In this document: in pieces, positions 53,027-64,000 of the stretch
How the letters are laid out: each line of letters opens with the position of its first letter
Numbering within the stretch: position 1 is the first letter of the stretch
Assembly: GCF_001194135.2 (NCBI RefSeq)
Contig: NC_068984.1
Location: 66,122,243-66,186,242 of the forward strand
DNA length: 64,000 nucleotides
Direction: 5' to 3'
DNA from: Octopus bimaculoides
Taxonomy: Eukaryota
Translations under genes and position numbers: made by a program
The notes under the pieces: model-generated
Database searches by the model: none
What the model was told of the DNA's origin: nothing
The model's input: only the letters and a program-made list of their open reading frames with translations

Positions 53027-53343
53027 GCACCACCTTTAGTTGAGCAAATCAGCCCCAGGACTTATTCTTTGTAAGCATAGTAATTATTCTTGTAAGTATA
53101 GTACTTATCTCTTTTGCCGAGGCATGAAGTTACAGGGATGTAAACACACCAGCATCGGTTGTCAAGTGATGTTGGTGGGGACAAACACAGACACACAATC
53201 ATATACACACATATACATTGGGTCTCTTTCAGTTTCTGTCTACCAAATCTACTCACAAGGCTTTGATCGTACTGAGGCTATAGTAGAAGACACTTGCCCG
53301 AGGTGCCACGTAGTGGGACTAAACTCACACAGCCACTCCTGCA

Positions 53344-53345
<2 letters not shown>
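53027..53345 (-). mobile_element. SINE family C, young
   Basis: Reverse complement of 35490-35697 plus head (cacttgcccgaggtgccacgtagtgggactaaac). Confidence 0.85.
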
Positions 53346-53387
<42 letters not shown>

Positions 53388-53894
53388 TGCACACACATAC
53401 ATGCATGCATACATACATTACATACATACATACATACATATACATAAGCATATAGACACATTAATAGTGTGTACAATATTTGTGTACTCATATTGTTGGG
53501 AATGAGAGTAAGTAACTGTATGTATTATGTTACTCATAAAATATTTATATAGCTGCGTTGTGTGGGTGTGTTTGCATACACACACACAAACACGTAACAT
53601 ACTTAACATTTCTGCTATACTTAAAATTATTATGTCTGCCATATGGTCATGATTTCTATGAAATAACGATTGTTACCAATCAGTGAAAAGCAAAATTATA
53701 AAGTGTGCTAGTGTACCTTATTAACTTCTACTTCAATATTACTATAAACACATTAATTGCCCACAGATATTTCAGTAGCAGAGTATCAGTTGATTAACTT
53801 TCAGACAAATTTATGAAATTAATATTATAAGACAATTGACTACCACCGCCACTAATGCTGCTGCTGATGATGACGATGATGATGACGATGATGA

Positions 53895-54125
53895 TAATTG
53901 TTTCTAATATTTGTACAAGGCCAGGAAATTGCGGTGGGGAGAGGGAAGTAACATTTTATTATATTGATCCCAATAGTTGACTGGTATACTTTATTTTATC
54001 AACACTAGAAGAACGAAATGCATAGTTAACCTTGGAGGGATTTCAACTTAGAATTTAAAGAGCTGGAAGCAATATCATAGGGCATTTCTTCCAATGTTGT
54101 AGCAATTCTGCCGATCCACTGCCCT
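53895..54125 (-). mobile_element. SINE family A
   Basis: Reverse-complement tail, central domain and head. Confidence 0.75.
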
Positions 54126-54651
54126 AACAACAAAAATAGCAATAACAACAACAAAAGCAACTACAAAAACGACATCAACAGCAATAACAGTAATCTATTT
54201 TTGTCCAGTTCTAGCTTGAAATATTTGGTCTTAAGCAAAATCAACCCGAGAGATTACAAGTTTATGGCTTCTCATATAAGGAATCAATACTTCATCACAC
54301 TTTCATAATCCATGTATTCTCTAATAATTTGCTTCTTCATAAACTTTTCTTTGAGAAGTATCTTTGCAAATACAGCATATGAATAAGCTTCAGTTGAAGC
54401 AATTCAGGAGCCATTAGCCTCTATAGAAGGTAAATTGCACAACAGCCAACCATATGGAACAGAATATCTACATATGGATTTCCTGATCTGTTTAAGAATG
54501 ACATTACTAGTACAGATCAGGTCGATACAAAATATTTTAAAAACCCATATACACATTATATATATAATATATATATAAAAACTACACAAACACACATGCT
54601 TAATGTTTTACAAGTGTTTTGATATACATACATACATGCATACATACACAT

Positions 54652-54727
<76 letters not shown>

Positions 54728-54769
54728 ATATATATATATGTATGTATATACATGTATGTATATATATAA

Positions 54770-54817
<48 letters not shown>

Positions 54818-55720
54818 ATGTATGTATATGAAACAGTTGTAAAACATATTAACTATATGTGTGCTTAATATGTTTTTAACTGTTGTAGTTAATGAAATAT
54901 TTAGCTGTTTCTTTCATACTAACATGACATTAAATAGGCGAAAATAAAAGAAAGGAACAACATTCTTTGGAATCAGTTCAATCAAGTATTCGGTAATATA
55001 GTACCTACACTATTGCTAACATTATAACCATTGAACTAAATCATTAATCCAATTGGTTGAAAAAGCAATGAATCAAGTATAAACAAATTAATTGCTATAT
55101 TTCAAACGAATACTACATGTTCCATTTATCTTCCCCTTTGATGACAATGCTCTTGATAGCTCTAGCATGACTGTCTTGTTTGATATGAAGAGGAAAAAGC
55201 ATTTGCTATTTATATTAGAACAGTGTTGGTCCCAATCTGTTTTGACTGAATGAGGTCACAAAAACATTTTTTTAATCAATTAACTGCAGATAGTTTAATG
55301 TAAATGATATTAGACTCAAGTACTCAATCTGGACAAAAAAAGTGCAACAAACCTACTGAGAAAATCAGAACCATGAATACAATGCTTGCAAGATGACTAT
55401 GTTACTGGGTAAACTACTGAGAGCCTTTTCTTCCTTAATATCAAAGTAGATACTACAATTTGATAATACTATTTTTACCTGTACTGTCTTATGGTTCAAT
55501 TTTGTCAGTCACATACTGTAAGCAGGATAGGTTATTTGACTGATGCTTAATATAACAAAAGAATTCTAGATTGACTCAATGCTTTTCTTTCATTTTATGA
55601 GAAATAGCTATTTGAATTAGCGGCTAAAATTTTCATTTAAATGATACAAGAAGCATCAATTTGAGCAATAATGATCTAAATACTGTTTCCTTTCTTAAAT
55701 TGAGGCAGTTCAGCACTCAC

Positions 55721-55791
55721 CCAGTTTTATGTATATGCCCACACAAATTGAAACCTGTGTTTATATTGTCCTCTCATGTGACATCCCTGAG
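55721..55791 (-). other. Candidate 71-nt exon (non-coding or stop-containing)
   Basis: gtctttttatatttag| ... tgg|gtgagt, both strong; all three frames contain a stop. Confidence 0.25.
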
Positions 55792-55848
55792 CTAAATATA
55801 AAAAGACATTGCCATCATCATCATCATCATTGCTGCTGCTGCTGCTGA

Positions 55849-55910
<62 letters not shown>

Positions 55911-57248
55911 TCAGTATTATTGTTTGTAAAATGATCAAGATGATTTCTAGTAATATCCAATTGTTCATAATTTTTTTTCATTTTTGCTAATTAATAGACT
56001 GAGACAAAGTGGAAATAAATCAGTAGTTCATTTTTAATGGTTAAAAGCCCTAAATTGTTTTCCTATCTTTTTTTTTTTTTACAAAATGTTAAACTTTATT
56101 ATGCTTAATTATGCAACCAAATTCTATTTCAAGCCTTTGAGTGCAGCTTCTGTCAGCATTATTATCCCCTACCCTGACATTAATATATTACCATAAAAAC
56201 AAATGTGTAATCATTAATGATCTCTCACTTTCTCTATTGTCCTCAAGGAAGAAAACAGATCATAATTAAGGCTTAAACCTTTAACTGTTGTTAGCTTAGC
56301 TGACAGCTTTATCTTTAATGGCAACTAACAGCTGAATTTTAAAAAAATGCACCAAAAAAAAAAAATAATAATTGTTGTAATACTAAAGAAATATATTCTC
56401 TCCTTTAAACATTAATTAATAAAACAGGTTTATTCAGATTAAACCAGATTTTTACTGAAACAAAAAAAAAAAACAGAGCAAGTCTGGTGATGACGATTCA
56501 CTAGAGAGAAAATTGGTGTTCCTTGAGTGTAGGCATCACATATTCAGTAATCATACTCAATAACTCTTTGCTGGTTGCTTAATGAACCACCAGGAAAAGG
56601 TTTAAAAAAGAGGATATTTGGTATCTTAAATTACATCTGTTTTCTCTATGTAATTATTCTAAAATCTGTTATATTCTTACTATTTTAAGATCCAGACAAA
56701 TACTCATCTGATTCAAAAATAACTGCTGATGTTATAAACAAAGATAAAAATAAATAAAACATTTATCTCTGTTTCTCAGTTTAATCTTGCTTTTATCAAA
56801 ATTGTCACCATCTCAGAAGAAACTAAGGACTAATTTTAGATAATCTCATCTATTTTCTGTTTCATATAGGAATATTGGTTTTATTTTATAGTATTTTTAC
56901 TTTAATTCTTTAAGTTCTTAGTGTTGAGTTTCTCTCCCTATACACCCACCATCCATCCTTTGTAAAAAAATCAAACAGTTCAGAAGAGTAAATATTTTTG
57001 CTGATATATTCTTCTGGTAAGAAATAAATTAAAAAAGAAGAAAACAAAAATAAAAATGCCAGAGGAGAACATAAAGGACAAGACAATTTTCCTATCATGT
57101 CACCTAGACAATATACAATAAATAGATGAAACAAAACTATGTAAATAAGCTATAACTTTTATGGTTTCGGTAACTGTCTCATTTTAACATATTCTTCTTT
57201 TGGCTATAAGCAGGTCAATTTTAAATATCAAATCACTTATAAATAAAA

Positions 57249-58170
57249 ACAGGACTGACATTATTCCTTTAAGAAACAATAAAATTAACTAATGTTAATA
57301 TAACAGACAGAGCAGAATAAATAATTGAAATATCTGAGAAAATCTGAATTTACTTCTAGCTAGACAGTAGCAAGACGGTAGTCTCATTTTAAATGAGTTA
57401 TTTTTCTTTGGTTAATAGTATATCATGTTTAAATGCCAAGGTTATTATAGATAAAAGCAAAGTATTTAAAATATGCATTTAACTAAAAGTAATCCTTTCA
57501 AAATCTTTGAACGTCTATAAGGTCAGTTCTGAAGTAAACATTGTCATCATCATCATCATCCTCATGATTTAACATCCATATTCCATGCCTTGACAAGGAT
57601 CCAATGAGTCAAAGACTGCATCGTGCTTCAGCATCTGCTTTTGCAGGGTTTCTGCAGATGGATGCCCTTCTTAACTTCAACCACTTTACAGTGTGTGCTC
57701 TAGTTATCTAGTGTAATTTGTATAATAGACACATTGGATAAGAGAGAAGAATTACCTCATAGGTAATAGGCTAATGAATTGTAGGAACTTTCCTTAGATA
57801 TAGCATCTCACGTATTCTCTAGTTAGAAACTGAAGCAATGTGGAATTACGTATTTTGTGCAGAATTTTAATGAAAAGCAAACAGCGGGTATTCATTTCTA
57901 ACCTTTGAGCTGGAACTCCAATTATCCATTCAGCTATTTTGCCTCTACTTCCTATATATGATAATAAATAAAAGAATGTAAAGTATCTCTTTGTTAATTA
58001 GGCTCATACACAGTAGAAGAGTATCAATCGTCTAGGTACAGAAATGACAGGGCTGACATTATTCCTTCGCAAAACAATAAAATTAACTCTAGTTATTATT
58101 ATAAAAGAGTAGCAGAATAAATCAAGTGTCTGAGGAATTCTGAATTACTTCCAGCTAAACATTAGCAAGA
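57249..58170. repeat. Diverged local duplication (57249-57375 and 58047-58170)
   Basis: acaggactgacattattcctttaagaaacaataaaattaact...gcagaataaat...tctga.aa.tctgaatt.acttc.agcta.aca.tagcaaga present twice, about 800 bp apart. Confidence 0.8.
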
Positions 58171-58661
58171 AGTCAGTAACTGCTGGCTATTTTTCTAGAT
58201 TGTTGAGAAAGTGTATTAACTTAGTTTCTGTTATATAAAAGTTCTGATTCTTTAGATATGTATTAAGTAAAAGAAGACTTTCAAATTTATGATATAATAA
58301 ATTATTAAGATATTTTCATTCTAAACTAAGTTAATAATCAGATAAATTCTTGTGATTTATGGAATTATTAAAAGTATAAGAGATAGGAAAGGATTTCTTT
58401 GAAAATTATCCAAAGTCTCCATAACACTCTTGGAATAATCTTGGCCAGATCACATATGGGGTCTATTCAACATAAATATATCAAATAATTGGCAAACTAT
58501 GACATATTCTATACCTATCAGCAAAGATAGTCATGATACTGCTTAAGCTTAGGATAATCAGAATCAGACAATCTTCCTGTATAATCTGTAAGTCATTAAT
58601 GATCATATTAGAGTCATGATAAGATATTATCACATGTGTACTGGTTGAATGAAGTTAAATG

Positions 58662-58699
<38 letters not shown>

Positions 58700-59314
58700 N
58701 NNNNNNNNNNNNNNNNNNNNNNNNNNNNNNNNNNNNNNNNNNNNNNNNNNNNNNNNNNNNNNNNNNNNNNNNNNNNNNNNNNNNNNNNNNNNNNNNNNNN
58801 NNNNNNNNNNNNNNNNNNNNNNNNNNNNNNNNNNNNNNNNNNNNNNNNNNNNNNNNNNNNNNNNNNNNNNNNNNNNNNNNNNNNNNNNNNNNNNNNNNNN
58901 NNNNNNNNNNNNNNNNNNNNNNNNNNNNNNNNNNNNNNNNNNNNNNNNNNNNNNNNNNNNNNNNNNNNNNNNNNNNNNNNNNNNNNNNNNNNNNNNNNNN
59001 NNNNNNNNNNNNNNNNNNNNNNNNNNNNNNNNNNNNNNNNNNNNNNNNNNNNNNNNNNNNNNNNNNNNNNNNNNNNNNNNNNNNNNNNNNNNNNNNNNNN
59101 NNNNNNNNNNNNNNNNNNNNNNNNNNNNNNNNNNNNNNNNNNNNNNNNNNNNNNNNNNNNNNNNNNNNNNNNNNNNNNNNNNNNNNNNNNNNNNNNNNNN
59201 NNNNNNNNNNNNNNNNNNNNNNNNNNNNNNNNNNNNNNNNNNNNNNNNNNNNNNNNNNNNNNNNNNNNNNNNNNNNNNNNNNNNNNNNNNNNNNNNNNNN
59301 NNNNNNNNNNNNNN

Positions 59315-59345
<31 letters not shown>

Positions 59346-59419
59346 ATAAGTGATGCTTGTATTTTGTTTACTGAGAGGGTTCCAGTTATAGCTTCGATGG
59401 CTAAATGACTGTCAGTGTC

Positions 59420-61400
59420 TGATCAACTAACTGTGATAGTCTTGAGACATTTCTTTTGGATTGAGTTGAGTTTGCCAAATATGCTACTGAAATAATTCAT
59501 CCAAGAAAGGCAGAGTATTCCATATTTCTTTAAACATGTATGTCTAAAAGAATCATGCAGCTTGGTTGTGATTTTGTTGTCTGCTTCAGTCTCCTGAGCA
59601 TTCACATATGATGGAGCTAAGTTTTACCTATACTAGTTTAGTGTTTAAGGTTTACTTACAGTGACAAATTGTATTTTTTTCTTTTCCTAAGTAGCTTACA
59701 ACTCAGAAAATATAGGGCAAGATTTGATGGAATTCTAGTCCTTAATAAAACCATAGCCTTGTGCTTTCATGGCTCAAATTTTACCTCAGAATTCATCCTC
59801 CAAAACTTTCAGTTTGACAAAATTTCTATTCAAGTTGGTTAATGCAGAGTCACTTATGATCAGTGATCTAGTAATGAAGACAGCATGGAGTCATCAGCAT
59901 AGAGGTGTGGCTTATTTTTATGGTAATTGACTAGATTATATACGAAAACTGCGAACAGAAGCAAGCTAAGTGTTAAGTTTTATGGGGTTGATGCTTTGAT
60001 GTATGACAGATCACAAGATTAATTTGAAAGGGTCACTTTGATGGAGCAGAATCCTATGATACTTTCTGGCCAATGTCCAGTTAATCGTTCCATATATGTG
60101 AAAGGACAGTTAGAGGATGGTTACTAGAACTACTGTGTTGTGGTTTAATCAGAAGCCAAATTTTATTCTTGTGATGTGTTAATTTTTCAGCAGGTAACAT
60201 AGTAGTTGTTTATTTCATTACTATTCCGATGATGAGTAATGATACAAATCAGTAGTCTGATGGATTGGTTCTGGATTGCCTTTTGTATATCATAGAGGTG
60301 GTTTCCATTGGTTAAGAAATAAAATGAAATTAAAGCACAATGCGTCTTTTGTTTCAAGTATCAGCCTCTGTAGCATTCAGTTAGAAGATAGCTTGACGAT
60401 CAATGGCTGGTCATCTTATTTGGAATCTGCACTTTTGCACCACAGCTTGCAAAAGTCATTGGCTCTGCCTTATTCTATCACTAATTGTACAGCTGTGTTA
60501 AGTTTTATGATTGAAATACAGAAGAGGCATATTATTCCAAGAAGACACTTTACAATGTGTCTCCAGTTTTGGCTGCTGATGTTGAAGCTTATAAAGTCTT
60601 TTCACTGTCTGATATAGTGTTTTATTTTTGTCTAAATTGCAGTTATGTCTTTCTTTTGTAAACTTTGGTTGTTTTCTGGAAGATTATTCCTTACAATTTT
60701 ATGAACTAGACAATATTTCCTTCCGGAAGCTCTACTGAATTTTTCATTGAACTAAACCAGTAAACAATGGGTTTCATAACAATGAGTTGGTAACATCTGG
60801 TAAGCAATAAGTTTAAGATAATGATGTCAATGCATTGCTAATTGTTGCTGAATCCCCAGTTAGGATTTTCTCTGCATCATTTTCATAGAAAATATTAGTT
60901 TGTTCTCTTGTAGCACCAAGCTGCTCTCTTAAAGGGTTTGTTCTGGAATATCTCAATATTCAATTTTACCAGTCCATGTTATTAGTATGTTTAAATGAGA
61001 GAAGCGGTAACTATAGGTAAACTTATTAGAACAAGACTAGGGTTATTGCCTTCACTTTTGGATTTATTACAATCTTATGGTTAGCTGATGAATTGTGGGG
61101 TCCAACAACCAGTAGTGTTTGTTGTTTGGTTATCAAGAGTTTCTTCTATAATGAACTGTAAAATTTCCTACAAGCTTGACATATTCTGTAGAATATGTCA
61201 AGCTTGTATGAAAATATCAGGTACGGATAGTTAACTCTGGGTGCTACATAAACAGCTCTGAGACTAGAGGGCAAAAGTGAGCCATCTAAAATGGATTTTA
61301 TCTAGAATGATGGTAGATGGTGATACTTTCCAAATATAGTAACAATGCCACTTCCTAGCTCCCCTACACAAATTAGGTTATACAACATTGGATCTGTAAG
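59420..61400 (-). mobile_element. Heavily decayed LINE (APE endonuclease + reverse transcriptase)
   Basis: Minus-strand motifs in the expected order: LRAVYVAP and LLVVGPHNS (APE-like), KGNP..PSDY*FVSLL, KFGF, HQSDP (RQGDP-like), HLYADDSML (YADD at 59890-59901); many stops and frameshifts. Confidence 0.75.
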
Positions 61401-61649
61401 AATTATAATACAGTCAGCTTTACAAGAAATTACTGATTGAAAGAAAGTTTCACTTATAATTATTGCATAAATTTATCATTTCGTTGTAGAGTATAAGTTG
61501 ATGAAATCAGCCTGCATTGGTTTTAAGACTACCTATGTTTATTATCTTGATTTTAAAATGTTTATAGTTGGCTAATGATCATGTATGTCATTTTATTTCA
61601 TCCATTTAAGGATTTAGGGATAATTGAAGTCTACTTCAAGTTCAGTCCT

Positions 61650-62005
61650 AGTTACAGTGTAGAGGTTTGTATGTCTCAATGACACTGAGAGCTATGCTAG
61701 TGGAATGCAAGCTCCTGCTAGGACCTACCCTGCTGGACAAGTCAAGAGATAAAGGCTCAGAATAACATGGACCATCTCTTTCGAGAGATAAAAATGGGTT
61801 TGTGTAGGGCCAACATGCCTGACTATAAAAAAAACAGAAAAAAAGATACAAAGTTACAAAACTAACAAGATGTGAGAGAGGAAGGCATTCCCTCAGGAAA
61901 AAATATGAAACAAAGATCCAACTGGGGAGAAACAGGAAAGTATTGAAAATAGAGAAAAGATGTTGATGGCCTATGCTCCAATGGGAACAAAGGACTTAAG
62001 TAAGT
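61650..62005 (+). mobile_element. Non-autonomous RTE derivative (5' UTR joined to 3' end)
   Basis: 5' gagagctatgctag...ctggacaagtcaag...gggtttgtgtagggccaac resembles RTE 5' UTRs; 3' gttgatggcctatgctccaatgggaacaaaggacttaagtaagtaa resembles RTE 3' termini; no ORF in between. Confidence 0.55.
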
Positions 62006-62883
62006 AATAGTTGTAGTGGGTTTAACAGAATGTAAGTAATTATTGGAGAGTGAAATCATAAGGTAGAATTGCTGTGCACTACATGGAAAGTATTGCCATC
62101 TGATTGGCCAATTCGGAATCATCTGCAGAAATGGTTTTTGATAGATAATTGGATTTCAAGACTTAGATCGCTTTCATGTTTTCAAGATATATCGTTAAAG
62201 AATAATTAGCTCTGTATTTATTGCTTTTGTGGCATTACTTTTTATACGTTCTTGTCTGTTGTTTTTTTTTGTTTGCTAAAGAGTTTTTGGCCTGGTGGTT
62301 CTGTTTGTTTAGTGACTCATAAGTAATGGGGGAGATTATCTGATTTAGATAATCCTATGTTTAAACAGTATCATGAAGATCTTTGCTGATAGCAATAGAC
62401 ATATCATAGTTTGGCGACAATGTTTTATATATTTATATATAATTTTTATATATACACACACATATATTGTGTATACATATCTACATACATTTATACATGT
62501 ATATATACATATATAATATCTCTCTTTCTTTCTCCATCTCTCTGTGTCTGTCTGACTCTGTTTCTGCCTCTCTTTCTCTCTCTTCTCCTCTCTCCTTTTC
62601 TCTCTCTCCATGTAGCAATTATTAGACAAAGTTGTTTGAGTATTAGACTGATTGTTTTGCAGTGATTGTTCTATACTCTGAGTTCCAGTCTCATTAATTT
62701 CAATTTTATTAGCTTTCATAATTTCTGGGTCAATAAATATCAAACCAGTCCTGTACTGGGTTCAGTTCTTCTCTGCCTCTAACACTTGCTTTCTGTTTGT
62801 CTCTTTCTCCCCTTCTGGAAGAATTTTACTCTGATCAGATCTGGGGTGAAGCAAGTGAATCTAGAGTCAGGCAGATGCTTATA

Positions 62884-63091
62884 CGAGGGGATGCTGAAAA
62901 TTTGCTGGCTTTAAGGGTATCATGAAACATGTAGTTGGAGGCCCAACCTTCCAAGTTCTTTTACAAGGTTTATGAAAACTGAAGGACTCCTTTCTGAATC
63001 TGAGAGGGGAGTATGCTGAATAAAATCATAATTAACTGATCCTCCTGTATTTTCTTTTACCTAAAGTCAAGAACTGTTCAGCACTTCCTTG
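62884..63091 (+). mobile_element. mariner-derived MITE
   Basis: TA TSD; TIRs cgaggggatgctgaaaatttgctggct / agtcaagaactgttcagcacttccttg; internal LRGEYAE* resembles the mariner transposase end (GDYVE). Confidence 0.75.
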
Positions 63092-63269
63092 TATATATAT
63101 ACAAGGAAGACGNNNNNNNNNNNNNNNNNNNNNNNNNNNNNNNNNNNNNNNNNNNNNNNNNNNNNNNNNNNNNNNNNNNNNNNNNNNNNNNNNNNNNNNN
63201 NNNNNNNNNNNNNNTATATATACATGCTTTCTGTGCGAATGATTTTTATATGGAGGCGTTTTTACAATG

Positions 63270-63507
63270 CTGTAAATAATATAATAATGGTGTTTTTATG
63301 TAAGCTTAAAGTTTATTGTGATCACAGTGTAATGACTAATGAAAATAGTTTAATAAAGGGGCATATAAGCCCTCATGGATAAGAAAGCCTTCTTTTTTCA
63401 GTCAAGGGGCTTATATGCCCTTTTGTTAGACTATTTTCCTTAGTCATTGCATGGTGATTGCCATATGCTTTAAGCTTATATAAAAATACCATTATTATTA
63501 GTTACAG
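63270..63507. mobile_element. Fold-back element with about 105-bp inverted arms
   Basis: ctgtaaataat...gggcatataagccc versus ggggcttatatgccc...attattagttacag; the arms align over their whole length with scattered mismatches. Confidence 0.85.
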
Positions 63508-63625
63508 GATATATATATATATATATATATATTTCCCATAATAATATTGTATGCAACTTGAGATGTTTGCCTTGCCTTGATGCTTGTTGTCCTCTTTAAC
63601 AATTATCTACATATATATCTATCAA

Positions 63626-63660
<35 letters not shown>

Positions 63661-63799
63661 ATATACATATATATGTATATATATTTGTATGTATGTATGG
63701 GGGAGGTATATATATATAGTATTTATTCATTTGTTTTGTGTTCTTAATTCCATGCAAGTCTTTTATTCTTGGCCTTATTTGAGACATCATTTTAATGCA

Positions 63800-64000
63800 A
63801 GAGAAGCATCTTCTCTCTCACCATTAGGGGTAGATTGTACAATGGCTGTGCTATAACTGCAATGCTGCATGATAGTAAGATATGAACCTTGAATACGGAG
63901 TACTTGAGAAGAGTGGAAAGAAAGAAGTGAGCACGCTCCATTGGATATATGATATAAGAGTGCATGAACAACACTTCAAATGTGTTGAGGAAAAATCTGG
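63800..64000 (+). mobile_element. RTE LINE RT C-terminal remnant
   Basis: GRLYNGCAITAMLHDSKI*TLNTEYLRRVER resembles the RTE motif GRLYxACVRxAMLHGSETW...RRLER; same clade as 31485. Confidence 0.7.

Noticed and set aside
56502-56577. Minus-strand candidate exon ATSKELLSMITEYVMPTLKEHQFSL
   Set aside because: Weak donor, and splicing to 55791 gives an early stop; may be a Tc1-like remnant but flanking DDE motifs are absent
23396-59408. Long ORFs containing X runs and [16 protein letters not shown] or LLLL tracts
   Set aside because: They are translations of N gaps and microsatellites

Overview
This is AT-rich eukaryotic genomic DNA with 12 assembly gaps, most of them bordered by (TA)n. It is saturated with microsatellites, tRNA-derived SINEs, MITEs and decayed retro- and DNA-transposons. 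The repeat families look like those of a coleoid cephalopod, most likely Octopus; that is recognition from memory, not a database search. There is no prokaryotic-type feature, no CRISPR array, no rRNA or tRNA gene, and no confidently identifiable host gene. Nearly all ORFs in the track are microsatellite or gap artefacts. The protein-coding signals I can support are all transposon remnants: an R4/Dong-type RLE retrotransposon 3' end sitting in (TAA)n (49.35-50.25 kb), an internally deleted Helitron (24.0-24.6 kb), a decayed APE+RT LINE (59.4-61.4 kb) and RTE fragments. Several splice-signal-bounded candidate exons exist on both strands, but all are low confidence. The most interesting non-obvious signal is a minimal type I hammerhead ribozyme motif at 33978-34022. 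Also notable are long fold-back elements and inverted SINE pairs (potential ADAR substrates), a same-orientation SINE/Dong nest built on (AAT)n tails, a CpG-retaining island at about 18.5-22.2 kb, and several perfect palindromes.
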